From Rhodospirillaceae bacterium (GTDB taxonomy: Bacteria > Pseudomonadota > Alphaproteobacteria > UBA6615), in the NCBI GenBank assembly GCA_002713365.1, contig PASR01000011.1:5527-69526 (forward strand): 64,000 nucleotides of DNA, read 5' to 3'. The notes beneath the pieces were generated by a model. That model worked only from the letters and a program-made list of their open reading frames with translations. It was not told the DNA's origin and did not search any database. A program made the position numbers and the translations under genes. Of this stretch, positions 22,781-34,548 are shown in pieces (position 1 is the stretch's first letter; each line of letters starts with the position of its first letter).

Positions 22781-22887
22781 ATGTTCAGCGGCAGCTTTAG
22801 TCAACGACTTAGGTGCCCCTAAACATCATTATAACCCATAGTATTGGGTTGTCATGTTTAGGGGGAGTCGTTACGAGCGCTAAAGTT
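22781..22887 (+). promoter_or_regulatory. Structured leuA 5' leader: nested four-stem hairpin overlapped by a 13-codon ORF
   Basis: Stems pair 22793-22800/22880-22887, 22803-22810/22865-22872, 22816-22826/22854-22864 (11 bp perfect) and 22831-22838/22845-22852. ORF MFSGSFSQRLRCP at 22781-22822. Confidence 0.65.
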
Positions 22888-22913
22888 AACGAACCTAAAT
22901 TGGAACTGGACCA

Positions 22914-24509
22914 ATGACTGCCAAAGATATTAAGTCAGTAAATTCTGCGCCTCAATTAGAAGGTAATAATAAGAACTACGTACGTATTTTTGATACCACC
23001 TTACGTGATGGTGAGCAATCTCCTGGCTGCTCTATGAATTTAGAGGAAAAAGTGAGAGTTGCTTTAATGCTTGAAGAGATGGGTGTCGATATAATCGAGG
23101 CGGGTTTTCCTATCGCATCAAATGGTGATTTTGATTCTGTAAGAGAAGTAGCTAATGCTGTTAAAGAAAGTAGCGTTGCTGGTTTGGCTCGTGCTTCAGT
23201 AAATGACATAGATAGGGCTTGGGAAGCGTTAAAGGGAGCAGCAAGACCTCGTATACACACTTTCTTATCTACTAGCCCTTTGCACATGAGGGTGAAACTT
23301 CAGATGGATCCAGATGAAGTTCATCAGGCTATAATTGATAGTGTAACTCATGCGCGTAATCTATGCCCTGATGTAGAGTGGTCTCCTGAGGACGGCTCTC
23401 GTACGGAACATGATTTTTTATGCCGTGTTGTAGAAAGTGCTATAAGAGCTGGAGCAACTACCATTAATATTCCAGATACTGTTGGTTACGCCGTACCTGA
23501 TGAATTTGCAGATTTGATTTCTATGCTATTCAATAGAGTTCCTAATATAGATAAAGCTATAATATCTGTACACTGCCATAATGATTTAGGACTTGCGGTA
23601 GCCAATTCCTTAGCTGCTGTAAATATGGGGGCCAGACAGATTGAATGTACCATTAATGGAATAGGGGAAAGAGCTGGAAACTGCGCACTAGAAGAAGTGG
23701 TTATGGCTTTAAGAACACGACCTGATTCTATGCCATATGCTACCGGAATAGATACCACTGTTATAACTCGTGCCAGCCATTTAGTTTCAACCATTACAGG
23801 GTTTTCTGTTCAACCTAATAAAGCAATTGTTGGGGCAAATGCCTTCGCCCATGAAGCAGGAATACACCAAGATGGAGTGCTTAAAGACGCACAGACCTAT
23901 GAAATTATGACTCCTGAATCTGTCGGTTTAACCCATTCTAATCTCGTAATGGGAAAACACTCAGGTAGCCATGCTTTTCATGAAAAGTTGAAAGAATTAG
24001 GGTATGGGGACTTGGGGCAAAACGCTGTAGCAAATGCTTTTCAACGCTTTAAAGAGTTAGCAGATAAAAAGAAGGATGTTTTTGACGAGGATATCGTGGC
24101 CTTAGTTGATGATACAATACAACATGATAGTGATCGTATAAAATTTATATCATTGCAGGTTGTAGCCGGATCAAAGGGACCACAAACTGCCGAATTAGAG
24201 CTTGAGATTGATGGAAATATTATAGCTACTAAAGCAGATGGAAATGGACCAGTTGATGCAAGTTTTAAGGCTATTAAGGAGCTTTGTCCCCATATAGCTA
24301 CACTACAATTGTATCAAGTCCAAGCCGTAACTGAGGGAGCGGATGCTCAAGCCGATGTTACGGTAAGATTAGAAGAAAATGGAAAAACAGTTAACGGACA
24401 AGGCGCTGACGCTGATACTTTGGTTGCGTCGGTGCGTGCTTATTTGCACGCTCTTAACAAATTAAATATCAAAAGAGAAAAGACTGCACCAGAAGCACTT
24501 ACTGCATAG
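22914..24509 (+). CDS. leuA: 2-isopropylmalate synthase
   Basis: FDTTLRDGEQ, HCHNDLG, GIGERAGN and C-terminal regulatory domain GNGPVDA. Confidence 0.97.
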   Translation: MTAKDIKSVNSAPQLEGNNKNYVRIFDTTLRDGEQSPGCSMNLEEKVRVALMLEEMGVDIIEAGFPIASNGDFDSVREVANAVKESSVAGLARASVNDIDRAWEALKGAARPRIHTFLSTSPLHMRVKLQMDPDEVHQAIIDSVTHARNLCPDVEWSPEDGSRTEHDFLCRVVESAIRAGATTINIPDTVGYAVPDEFADLISMLFNRVPNIDKAIISVHCHNDLGLAVANSLAAVNMGARQIECTINGIGERAGNCALEEVVMALRTRPDSMPYATGIDTTVITRASHLVSTITGFSVQPNKAIVGANAFAHEAGIHQDGVLKDAQTYEIMTPESVGLTHSNLVMGKHSGSHAFHEKLKELGYGDLGQNAVANAFQRFKELADKKKDVFDEDIVALVDDTIQHDSDRIKFISLQVVAGSKGPQTAELELEIDGNIIATKADGNGPVDASFKAIKELCPHIATLQLYQVQAVTEGADAQADVTVRLEENGKTVNGQGADADTLVASVRAYLHALNKLNIKREKTAPEALTA

Positions 24510-24558
24510 GTGTAACCCCGTAACCGTGTGGTTTTTAAGCCAGTAAACGAGGCGATAA

Positions 24559-25602
<1,044 letters not shown>

Positions 25603-25640
25603 TATGCATGAACGAATCGTAATTATTTTAAGGAAGGGTT

Positions 25641-26558
25641 GTGGCTAAGCGCAGTGCCAAAGTAAGTATAGCTGGAATGGTACTTCCCGTTCGTTTGTGG
25701 ACTCAAAGATTTGCATTTTTGGGCTTAGTGTTACTATCGCTTACACTTATGCTCTTTAGCAGAGCAGAGATATCTAGCGTTAGTCAGGTTAGATTAGCTA
25801 TCGTTGATCTTGTTACTCCAGTGATATTTGTTTTTAGCAAGCCAGTTCAGGCAATGGAGGGACTCGTTTCTAATGTGGAGAGGTTGTTTTTTCTTAATCA
25901 AGAAAACCAGAATCTTCGTGAAAGTAATGCAAGATTGATACAATGGGTGGAAGAAGCGCGAAAATTAAATATTGAGAATGCTACGTTGCGTGCACAACTC
26001 GAATATGTACCTGATAAGCGCTCACAATTTGTTACTGCTCGTATTGTTGCGGATACGGGAGGTGCATTTTTTCATTCCTTATTGATAAATGCTGGTGCAC
26101 GTCAATTTGTTCGTAGAGGACAAGCGGTTGTATGGCAGGGTGCACTAATTGGACGGATAGCTGAGGTTGGCAATAGAACATCTCGAGTTCTGTTGATGAT
26201 AGATATAAATTCACATATACCTGTTATGGTTGAATCTACTAGTGATCGAGCGATCCTCGCAGGCAATAATACCTCACGACCCGTATTAGAGTTTTTACCT
26301 GATAACTCTCCTATTTCAAGAGGAGATCGAATTGTTACATCGGGTCACGGAGGAGTTTATCCCCCTGGTCTGGTAGTGGGTACTGTAGCACAGGCAACTG
26401 ATAGTACAGTTAGCGTAAAACCATTTGTAGATTGGTCTAAGTTAAATCAGGCAGTAATACTAGATTATGGACTTGATGGAATATTACCTCCGCCTGAACG
26501 AGTCCCAACTAGTGCTTTGCAGACTGAAGTATCTTCGGATTTAAAAACAAAACAATGA
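25641..26558 (+). CDS. mreC: Rod shape-determining protein MreC
   Basis: TM helix, coiled coil and VTSGHGGVYPPG; operon position. Confidence 0.93.
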   Translation: MAKRSAKVSIAGMVLPVRLWTQRFAFLGLVLLSLTLMLFSRAEISSVSQVRLAIVDLVTPVIFVFSKPVQAMEGLVSNVERLFFLNQENQNLRESNARLIQWVEEARKLNIENATLRAQLEYVPDKRSQFVTARIVADTGGAFFHSLLINAGARQFVRRGQAVVWQGALIGRIAEVGNRTSRVLLMIDINSHIPVMVESTSDRAILAGNNTSRPVLEFLPDNSPISRGDRIVTSGHGGVYPPGLVVGTVAQATDSTVSVKPFVDWSKLNQAVILDYGLDGILPPPERVPTSALQTEVSSDLKTKQ

Positions 26559-27082
26559 ATTTTCTTTCTGATTTTGCATGGTTAATACGTTATCTTCAGA
26601 GTGCCATACCAATAGTTATAACTTTATTTTTTGTTCTTCTTGGTCAGTTACAAATGCCTTTGCAATATTTGAGTGATATAATTACTGGTTTTGCAGTTAT
26701 TTCAATTTATTATTGGGTTATGTTTAGGCCTGAACTTATGCCTATTATATTTGTTTTTTTTCTAGGTATTATCCAAGATTCATTGTCAGGCGCTCCGCTT
26801 GGACTTAACTCACTTGTTTACTTGTTTATACATGCCCTGGTCTATAATCAGCGCAGGTTTATAGTTGGAAAATCTTTCTGGTTGTTTTGGGGGGGATTCG
26901 CCATAGTTTTAGTATTGGCAGTATTTTGCACATGGTGCTTGGCGTCAATAGTGCAAGGGTCTTACCTTGCTCCAGAAGCTGCAGTTATAGGTCTTATTAT
27001 GACTATAATTATTTTTCCTGCTATCGTTTGGCTATTAGGTAATACGCAGAGAAGATTTATTGGGTCGGCAAGGTTCTACTAA
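26555..27082 (+). CDS. mreD: Rod shape-determining protein MreD
   Basis: Hydrophobic, with YYWVMFRP and GIIQDSLSGAPLG; operon position. Confidence 0.9.
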   Translation: MNFLSDFAWLIRYLQSAIPIVITLFFVLLGQLQMPLQYLSDIITGFAVISIYYWVMFRPELMPIIFVFFLGIIQDSLSGAPLGLNSLVYLFIHALVYNQRRFIVGKSFWLFWGGFAIVLVLAVFCTWCLASIVQGSYLAPEAAVIGLIMTIIIFPAIVWLLGNTQRRFIGSARFY

Positions 27083-28968
27083 TGCTAAATCGTGGAGAAG
27101 ATCAGTACCGTGTATTTTCTCGCAGGGCAGCAATACTGGTGGGAGGTAAAGCCGCTTTATTATCTGCTCTAATCGGGCGTATGTATTATTTGCAAGTTAT
27201 TGAAGCTGATCGTTATCAGTTAATGGCTGAAGAAAACAGAATAAATCTTCGACTTTTAACCCCTTCACGGGGACAAATTTTTGATCGTTTTGGTGTCCCG
27301 CTGGCCATTAATCAGCAGAATTATCAAGTTCTAATAAAATCAGAAAACAATCCAGATATTGAAAAAACATTAACTCATTTAGGGCGTTTAATCCCTCTAT
27401 CTGCTAATGATCGTAAGCGTATTTTAAAAGATGTTTCTCGTAAAAGGAAATTTGTGCCTGTCTTGGTGCGGGAATATTTAGAATGGGAGGATGTAGCTAG
27501 AATTGAGGTAAATGCTCCAGATCTACCGGGTATTACCATTGAGTCAGGTTCACTGCGGTTCTATCCACAAGGTGAAGCGGCTTTTCATGCCTTGGGCTAT
27601 GTTGGAGCTGTTTCACCTAAGCATAAAACAGGCGATAGATTGCTCGAACTACCAGGTTTTAAAGTTGGCCTAAGTGGTGTTGAGCAAACTTTTGACCTTG
27701 CCTTGCGCGGTAAAGCTGGTTCCAGCCAGCTTGAAGTTAATGCACTTGGCAGAGTGATTAGGGAGTTAGATAGAAAAGAAGGAAAAACGGGACAGAATAT
27801 AGTTCTTACTATTGATACTTCTCTGCAAAAACAGGCAATGAAGGCGCTGGAAGGTAAGACAGGCTCGATAGTGGTTTTGGACGTTCATACGGGAGCGACT
27901 ATGGTTCAGGCTTCTAGTCCCAGCTTTGATCCTAATAACTTCACTAATGGTATTAGTGAGAATGAGTGGAAAGAACTGTCTGAAGATGAACGCGCTCCTC
28001 TTCGTAACAAAGCGATTGCAGGAGAATATGCTCCGGGATCAACCTTTAAAATGATTGTTGCTCTGGCTGCTTTAGAGGCAGGAATAATAAATAAAAATAC
28101 ATCATTCTTTTGCTCTGGAAGTTTAACATTAGGTGATGGTAAATTTCATTGTTGGAAGAAACATGGACATGGCTTAACAAACCTAAAAAAAGGTATTGCT
28201 CAGTCATGTGATGTTTATTTCTATGAGCTTTCAAGGCGCGTCGGTATAGATAGAATAGCTATAATGGCTAAACGGTTTGGGCTAGGACAAAACTTAGACC
28301 TCGATATTCCTGGCTCTAGACCAGGTTTAATTCCCAACAAAGCATGGAAGAAGGCTGCTATCGGAAAGTCATGGGTAAGGGGGGAAACATTATTAGCAGC
28401 AATTGGACAAGGTTTTGTTTTAACTACCCCTATGCAACTTGCAACAATGGTGGCTCGCCTAGCCAATGGGGGTAAAGCCATTACTCCGTTTGTTGCACGT
28501 GATATTATTTCTAGGAATAAAATTATAAGCCGTACAGATTTGCCTGCTTCTGATATGGGTTTAAATCCTAATCACCTTAGGATGGTACTTAAATCCATGG
28601 AAGCGGTAATAAATAATCAATGGGGTACAGCCTATCGTGCAAGGATTATGGTGCCTGGTATGGGAATGGGGGGTAAAACTGGTACTTCTCAAGTACGAAG
28701 AATTACGCAGGCTGAAAGAGATTCGGGTATAATAAAAAACGAACAACTACCATGGAAACGTCGTGATCATGCTTTGTTTGTTGGTTTTGCTCCTATCGTG
28801 TCTCCCCGTTACGCTATATCAGTAGTGATTGAACATGGAGGCGGTGGTTCAAAAATCGCTGCGCCGATAGCCCGCGATATAATGGTAGATACCTTGAATA
28901 GAGATCCGGCCGGTCAGGCCCCCGGCGCTGATGTTGCTGAGTGGCAAACAGTCCCAAAAGAGGCTTAG
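27082..28968 (+). CDS. mrdA: Penicillin-binding protein 2
   Basis: SxxK (PGSTFK), SCDVYFY and KTG (GKTGTSQ). Confidence 0.96.
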   Translation: MLNRGEDQYRVFSRRAAILVGGKAALLSALIGRMYYLQVIEADRYQLMAEENRINLRLLTPSRGQIFDRFGVPLAINQQNYQVLIKSENNPDIEKTLTHLGRLIPLSANDRKRILKDVSRKRKFVPVLVREYLEWEDVARIEVNAPDLPGITIESGSLRFYPQGEAAFHALGYVGAVSPKHKTGDRLLELPGFKVGLSGVEQTFDLALRGKAGSSQLEVNALGRVIRELDRKEGKTGQNIVLTIDTSLQKQAMKALEGKTGSIVVLDVHTGATMVQASSPSFDPNNFTNGISENEWKELSEDERAPLRNKAIAGEYAPGSTFKMIVALAALEAGIINKNTSFFCSGSLTLGDGKFHCWKKHGHGLTNLKKGIAQSCDVYFYELSRRVGIDRIAIMAKRFGLGQNLDLDIPGSRPGLIPNKAWKKAAIGKSWVRGETLLAAIGQGFVLTTPMQLATMVARLANGGKAITPFVARDIISRNKIISRTDLPASDMGLNPNHLRMVLKSMEAVINNQWGTAYRARIMVPGMGMGGKTGTSQVRRITQAERDSGIIKNEQLPWKRRDHALFVGFAPIVSPRYAISVVIEHGGGGSKIAAPIARDIMVDTLNRDPAGQAPGADVAEWQTVPKEA

Positions 28969-28972
28969 AATC

Positions 28973-30124
28973 GTGTCACGTATGACAGAATTTGGAAGCT
29001 CCGATAAGACATATATGGAAAAGATTTTTCAGCTCAATTGGCAGATAGTATTGATTATTTTTCTAATTGCAGGTGTTGGATTTTCTATGTTGTATTCAGC
29101 TGCAAGCGGAGATTTAAGTCCCTGGGCTTCCCGCCAAATGTTACGTTTTGGTATTGGCGTGATATTAATGTTAATTATATCCATAATAGATATAAGATTC
29201 TGGCTTAAAATGTCTTATGCACTTTATGGGATAAGCTTTATTTTATTAGCTACGGTCGATGTGCTTGGTTCTGTAGCCATGGGAGCGCAACGCTGGTTAG
29301 ATCTCACTTTATTCCAGTTACAACCATCAGAAATTATGAAAATTGTAATGGTTATGGCCTTAGCCAGATATTTTCATGGCCTAGAAGTAGGTGACGCCGG
29401 GAGGGTGCGCTATTTAGTAATCACTTTAATATTAATTTTAGCACCAGTTGCATTGGTATTACGACAACCGGATTTAGGAACCGCTGGAGTACTAGGTTTA
29501 ATTGGCGCTGTTATGCTTTGGTTGGCTGGTATAAGAGTATGGCAATGCCTTATTTTTAGTTTTTCTTCGATTGCGGCTATCCCCATCGGATGGCAATTTC
29601 TACATGAGTATCAAAAACAAAGGATTTTAACATTTCTCAATCCTGACTTGGATCCATTATGGTCTGGTTATAATATAATTCAATCAAAAATAGCTATGGG
29701 ATCTGGAGGGTTATTCGGTAAAGGGTTTATGGAGGGGACCCAGAGTCACCTAAATTTTTTACCAGAAAAACAAACAGACTTTATTTTTACTATGCTAGCT
29801 GAAGAGTTTGGTTTTATTGGTGGTACAACATTAATTGGACTTTATGCTCTATTAATTAGCTATTGTATTTTCATATCTTTCAGTTGTCGTAGTCAATTTG
29901 CACGCTTGTTATCTATGGGCTTGGTTGTGAACTTCTTTCTATATTTATTTATTAATATGGCAATGGTAATGGGACTTTTACCAGTGGTTGGCGTTCCTTT
30001 ACCACTTATCTCACATGGAGGTACGGCAATGCTTACTGTACTTATTGGATTTGGCTTAGTAATGAGTTCTGGTATCCATAAGGGGGTTTATATAAATCGT
30101 CGCGGTGCCTCTTTGATAATGTAG
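28973..30124 (+). CDS. rodA: Peptidoglycan glycosyltransferase RodA
   Basis: GAQRW, QPSE, QPDLGT and LPEKQTDFIF. GTG at 28973 after AAGAGG preferred as start. Confidence 0.95.
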   Translation: MSRMTEFGSSDKTYMEKIFQLNWQIVLIIFLIAGVGFSMLYSAASGDLSPWASRQMLRFGIGVILMLIISIIDIRFWLKMSYALYGISFILLATVDVLGSVAMGAQRWLDLTLFQLQPSEIMKIVMVMALARYFHGLEVGDAGRVRYLVITLILILAPVALVLRQPDLGTAGVLGLIGAVMLWLAGIRVWQCLIFSFSSIAAIPIGWQFLHEYQKQRILTFLNPDLDPLWSGYNIIQSKIAMGSGGLFGKGFMEGTQSHLNFLPEKQTDFIFTMLAEEFGFIGGTTLIGLYALLISYCIFISFSCRSQFARLLSMGLVVNFFLYLFINMAMVMGLLPVVGVPLPLISHGGTAMLTVLIGFGLVMSSGIHKGVYINRRGASLIM

Positions 30125-30184
30125 AAAGGTATAATACCTATCGACAGTCTTAAGTCTCTTTGTTATATCCGTTACTCCTAAGAT

Positions 30185-30260
30185 GGGCCGTTAGCTCAGT
30201 TGGTAGAGCGGGTGACTCTTAATCACTAGGTCGAAGGTTCGAGCCCTTCACGGCCCACCA
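30185..30260 (+). tRNA. tRNA-Lys (anticodon CTT)
   Basis: 76 nt; GGGCCGT/ACGGCCC acceptor stem, GGTGA-CTCTTAA-TCACT anticodon arm, GGTTCGAGCC T-arm and encoded CCA. Confidence 0.97.
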
Positions 30261-30355
30261 TTTAAGTTTTTTTATTATTTCTTAAGATCATAGTTTATTA
30301 CAGAATTTACTAAATATTGATTTAACTAAAGTAATATTTTTAGGAAAATAAATTC

Positions 30356-31054
30356 ATGTTTACCGAAACTATTAAATTAAATCTCACAGATGGACAGATG
30401 AGTGCCTACATAGCATATCCTGAAAAGTCTCCTATTGGAGCTGTTATTGCAATAATGGAGATATGGGGAGTTAATAATACTATGAAGGCTCACGCTCTTG
30501 AATTTGCTGAGGCAGGTTATATTTGTTTGGTCCCAGATCTATTCTGGAGACTTGGCCCTGATATTATTTTAGATGCAGATAATCCGAATGATTGGATGTT
30601 GTCATTAGACCGCTATTTTAATTTTGATTATGATTTAGGGGCTAAGGATATGGAAGAAACTATGGAGTACTTGCGAAAACTAGATGTTTGTAACGGTAAG
30701 GTTGGAGCAGTGGGTTATTGCCTGGGTGGAAAAATGTGCTACTTGTTATCTTGCCGAACTAATATTGATTGCGCAGTTGCTTACTATGGAACTTACATCG
30801 AACACGCAATTTCGGAAGCATCTCAACTGAGCCAACCTTTTATGTTGCATCAGGCTTTAGCAGATACTTGGGTTCCACCTGCTATATGTAAATTTATTGA
30901 AGAAAAAATTAGCTACAAGTCCAATGTAGAAATACATAAATACCCTGAAGCAGAGCATGCCTTTGCAAGGCATGGTGCAGAATCTTATTCGAAGGAAGAA
31001 GCTGATCTTGCTTTAGAACGGTCAGTTTCTTTTTTGGATATTCATCTAAAGTAA
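30356..31054 (+). CDS. Dienelactone hydrolase family protein
   Basis: EIWGVN, PDLFWR, GYCLGG nucleophile and EHAFAR. Confidence 0.9.
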   Translation: MFTETIKLNLTDGQMSAYIAYPEKSPIGAVIAIMEIWGVNNTMKAHALEFAEAGYICLVPDLFWRLGPDIILDADNPNDWMLSLDRYFNFDYDLGAKDMEETMEYLRKLDVCNGKVGAVGYCLGGKMCYLLSCRTNIDCAVAYYGTYIEHAISEASQLSQPFMLHQALADTWVPPAICKFIEEKISYKSNVEIHKYPEAEHAFARHGAESYSKEEADLALERSVSFLDIHLK

Positions 31055-31101
31055 TTTTACTTTTATCTGATTTTAGAAGACTAAACAAAGGGAGGTTGGC
31101 T

Positions 31102-31401
31102 ATGTTAGGGGGTATAGTAAATTTGTTTTGTAAATTATTTGGTTTAAAATTAGATAAAGTAGTAAATAACAAAAATGAAGCAAGTTGCCTATATAAGGGG
31201 TATACGATTTATGCTAAGCCACAAAAGGAAGGTGTTCAGTGGTTAACAGCTGGGGTAATAATTAGAACAGATAATATGGTAGTAAAAGAACATAAATTTG
31301 TTCGAGCTGACTTTCATGCTAACCGAGATACTGCAATTGAATTCTCTATATCTAAAGCACAACAAATAATTGATTTAGAAGGTGATAAAATATTTAATTA
31401 A
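31102..31401 (+). CDS. Small HlyU-family (alphaproteobacterial) protein
   Basis: YKGYTIYAKP...HKFVRAD...KAQQIID pattern. ATG 6 nt after GGAGG. Confidence 0.75.
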   Translation: MLGGIVNLFCKLFGLKLDKVVNNKNEASCLYKGYTIYAKPQKEGVQWLTAGVIIRTDNMVVKEHKFVRADFHANRDTAIEFSISKAQQIIDLEGDKIFN

Positions 31402-31422
31402 GTGAAGTATAAAATATATTAA

Positions 31423-32220
31423 TTATTTTTTTCGGTTAGTTTCAAGCCTAGCTAACAAAGCTTCTATGGCTTGGTCATGTTCTTCTGTATGGTGAGCTAT
31501 TGCCTGAAAGGCAGCAGACATTTCTAATAATGTATCTAACTTTACATGCGCTCCCTCACGCATGAGTTTTTTAGCCATCCTTAATGAATGCACTGGATTG
31601 GCCGCCATGCGATTGGCTAAATCAATTGCTTCATCCAACAATTTATTATCTGGTACAACTTTTGATACTAGCCCGCAATTTAGCGCTTCTATTGCCCCTA
31701 TAGTATCTCCAGTGAAAGTTAACTCAGCAGCCTTTGATTGGCCTATTAGGCGAGGTAGAAGCCAGGCTCCCCCATCACCTGGAATTATACCAAGTTTCAC
31801 AAAACTTTCTGCAAATTTTGCCTTCTCTGAAGCTATTCTAATATCACACATACAGGCTAGATCTAAGCCTGCTCCAATGGCAGCACCATTAACCGCTGCT
31901 ATAGTTGGAACATCCAAATTGTATAGGCTAAGCGGTATATTCTGGATATCATGACGGTAATTATTTCTTATTTGATAGGGGTTCCCATTCGAAAGCCCTT
32001 TGCGGTCACGCATATCTTTTACGTTACCTCCCGCACTAAATGCAGATCCGGAACCGGTTAAAATTACAACTGAAACACTTTCATCTTTTTTTATTCGCTC
32101 ACAAACATCAACAAAGGCTTGGAATTGTCCATCACCTGAAAGCGCATTGCGTTCTTCTGGGCGGTTCATAGTTAATGTAACTATTGCATCTTTTTGTTCA
32201 TATTTTATAAAGTTAGTCAT
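31423..32220 (-). CDS. Crotonase/enoyl-CoA hydratase family protein
   Basis: MNRPEERNAL, FSAGGN, AVNGAAIGAG and CDIRIAS. Confidence 0.9.
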   Translation of the reverse strand: MTNFIKYEQKDAIVTLTMNRPEERNALSGDGQFQAFVDVCERIKKDESVSVVILTGSGSAFSAGGNVKDMRDRKGLSNGNPYQIRNNYRHDIQNIPLSLYNLDVPTIAAVNGAAIGAGLDLACMCDIRIASEKAKFAESFVKLGIIPGDGGAWLLPRLIGQSKAAELTFTGDTIGAIEALNCGLVSKVVPDNKLLDEAIDLANRMAANPVHSLRMAKKLMREGAHVKLDTLLEMSAAFQAIAHHTEEHDQAIEALLARLETNRKK

Positions 32221-32321
32221 GCTTATCTCCGGAATATTTAGGATTAATTAGCACATTCTTACTATTCGTCTAAGTTATAAGTGTAGTAATTAAAATTGTA
32301 TTTATTAGAGAGAGTAACTTT

Positions 32322-33467
32322 ATGCAGGCATTTAATCTGGATTTGTGTGATTTACCACCTGGAGTGGATGTTTTACGGGAAGAAGTTCGTTCATTTCTTT
32401 TTGAAACATTAGGCTCCTACTCAAAACCTAATCGTGCTCGTTCTTGGTCAGCATTTGATGCTGACTTTAGTGGTAGGCTAGGTGATAGGGGTTGGCTAGG
32501 TATGACTTGGCCAGAACCTTATGGTAGTTCCCGCAGCGCATTAGAACGCTACATTGTTATAGAAGAGTTATTAGCATTTGGAGCACCTGTTGCAGCGCAC
32601 TGGATTGGAGAACGTCAAAGTGGCCCTTTATTACTTAGGTTTGGTAGTGATAAACAGCAAGAAAAATTGTTGCCTGGTATTGCGAGTGGTAAAAGCTTTT
32701 TTTGTATTGGCATGAGCGAGCCAAACTCAGGATCTGATTTAGCATCAATAAATACTCATGCAAAACGTGATAATGATGGATGGGTGGTTAACGGACAAAA
32801 AATATGGACTACGTATGCGCAAAAGTGCCATTACATGATTGCTCTTGTACGCACTAGTGGTTCTGTAAAAGATCGGCATGATGGTCTCTCACAACTTATA
32901 ATTAACCTACGTGATCCGGGTATTACCATTTCGCCTATTCGTAATATGATTGGTGATAAGGAATTTAACGAAGTTAAATTTGATAATGTTTTTGTTTCTG
33001 ATTCGATGTTAGTTGGTGAAGAAGGTAACGGATGGCAGCAAGTAATTGCTGAATTAGCATTTGAACGTAGTGGTCCAGATCGCTTTCTAAGCGCTTACCG
33101 ACTTATGGTTGAACTGATTCGTATGTTTCACAAAACCGAAGATAAACATGCAGAAGTTGCTATTGGTCGATTGACAGCACATCTTGTTACATTAAGACAG
33201 ATGTCACTTGCAGTTGCTGCTGTTCTTGAAACAGGTGAGCAGCCCACTATAGAAGCTACAGTAATTAAGGACCTCGGTGTAGCATTCGAACAATTAATAC
33301 CTGAAATAGCCCATGATTTAATTAATGTTGCGCCGAATATACTGCATGGAAGTGATTATGAAAAATCACTAGCATATATACAGCAAGCTTGTGTTTCTTT
33401 TTCTTTGAGGGGTGGAACAACAGAAATATTAAGGAGTGTTATTGCAAGAGGCCTAGGTTTAAGATGA
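32322..33467 (+). CDS. Acyl-CoA dehydrogenase (catalytic-type subunit)
   Basis: IGMSEPNSGSDLAS, NGQKIWTT, FNEV, LAFERSG and GGTTEILR. Confidence 0.9.
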   Translation: MQAFNLDLCDLPPGVDVLREEVRSFLFETLGSYSKPNRARSWSAFDADFSGRLGDRGWLGMTWPEPYGSSRSALERYIVIEELLAFGAPVAAHWIGERQSGPLLLRFGSDKQQEKLLPGIASGKSFFCIGMSEPNSGSDLASINTHAKRDNDGWVVNGQKIWTTYAQKCHYMIALVRTSGSVKDRHDGLSQLIINLRDPGITISPIRNMIGDKEFNEVKFDNVFVSDSMLVGEEGNGWQQVIAELAFERSGPDRFLSAYRLMVELIRMFHKTEDKHAEVAIGRLTAHLVTLRQMSLAVAAVLETGEQPTIEATVIKDLGVAFEQLIPEIAHDLINVAPNILHGSDYEKSLAYIQQACVSFSLRGGTTEILRSVIARGLGLR

Positions 33468-34531
33468 CTGAAATAAGTAAAACTTTAGCTGAGACCTGCG
33501 ATCGATTGTTTTCTAATTTAATTAACAATGATGTGCTAAGGGAAACTGAATTAGCTGTATGGCCTGATCCTATATGGCAACAAATAGAGGAGAATGGACT
33601 TACTTTTGCTATGGTAAATGAAAATCATGGTGGTTCAGGGATAAAGTGGATAGATTGTTTTCAAATTATATATTGGTCAGGGTATTATTCAGTACCGGTG
33701 CCGCTCGTTGAGACCATGGTTTCAAGTTGGTTTTTATCGCAACATAATCAAGCACCTCCTAAAGGAGTAATTACATTTTTTTGTGATGGTAAGCCACTAG
33801 ACCTTATTGAATCAAATAATAGCTATAAAATATCTGGTATTATTGAACGTATTCCGTGGGGTGCTTCAGCAGACTATGTTTTGGCAGAAGCCTATAACAG
33901 TAATAAGCAGGTGTACGTTCTACTCGATGCTAAAAAATCTAAAATCGTAAAAGATAAAAATATTAGTGGTGAGTCAAGAGATTCAATGACATTTGATAAA
34001 GCGTCTCCACTGACTGTAATAGATATTTCTGATGCTTTCAGGTCAAACTCACTATTAGTCTATGCTGCGCTAGCTCGTTCAGTCCAAATGTCTGGAGGAA
34101 TTTCAGCTATACTTGATAATTGTATTAGTTATTCTAGAGAACGTGAACAATTTGGACAGCCCATAGCAAAGTTTCAGGCTATTCAGCACCAGCTTGCAAT
34201 CTTAGCAGCTGAGGCTGCAGCTGCTAAGATTGCATCCCAAATAGCATGTAGAGCAGCCGATTTAATAGATGTGAGTTCTGGTCTAGAATTTGAGGTGGCC
34301 ACAGCTAAAATTCGTGCTGGAGAATCAGCAGGATTAGCAGCTTCTATTGGTCATCAAGTTCATGGAGCTATAGGATTTACAGATGAATATAGCCTTCATT
34401 ATATAACTCGACGACTGTGGTCATGGCGTTCTGAGTATGGTTCAGAAAGTTATTGGGCACGAAGAATAGGAAAAGAAGTTATAGCTGGAGGTGCTGATAA
34501 CCTCTGGGCAGATATAACAGCCCGATTATAG
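33464..34531 (+). CDS. Acyl-CoA dehydrogenase-like partner subunit
   Basis: C-terminal REQFGQPIAKFQAIQH and QVHGAIGFT present, N-terminal half degenerate. ATGA overlap with the upstream gene. Confidence 0.85.
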   Translation: MTEISKTLAETCDRLFSNLINNDVLRETELAVWPDPIWQQIEENGLTFAMVNENHGGSGIKWIDCFQIIYWSGYYSVPVPLVETMVSSWFLSQHNQAPPKGVITFFCDGKPLDLIESNNSYKISGIIERIPWGASADYVLAEAYNSNKQVYVLLDAKKSKIVKDKNISGESRDSMTFDKASPLTVIDISDAFRSNSLLVYAALARSVQMSGGISAILDNCISYSREREQFGQPIAKFQAIQHQLAILAAEAAAAKIASQIACRAADLIDVSSGLEFEVATAKIRAGESAGLAASIGHQVHGAIGFTDEYSLHYITRRLWSWRSEYGSESYWARRIGKEVIAGGADNLWADITARL

Positions 34532-34548
34532 GATTTAGAGGGAATTAA

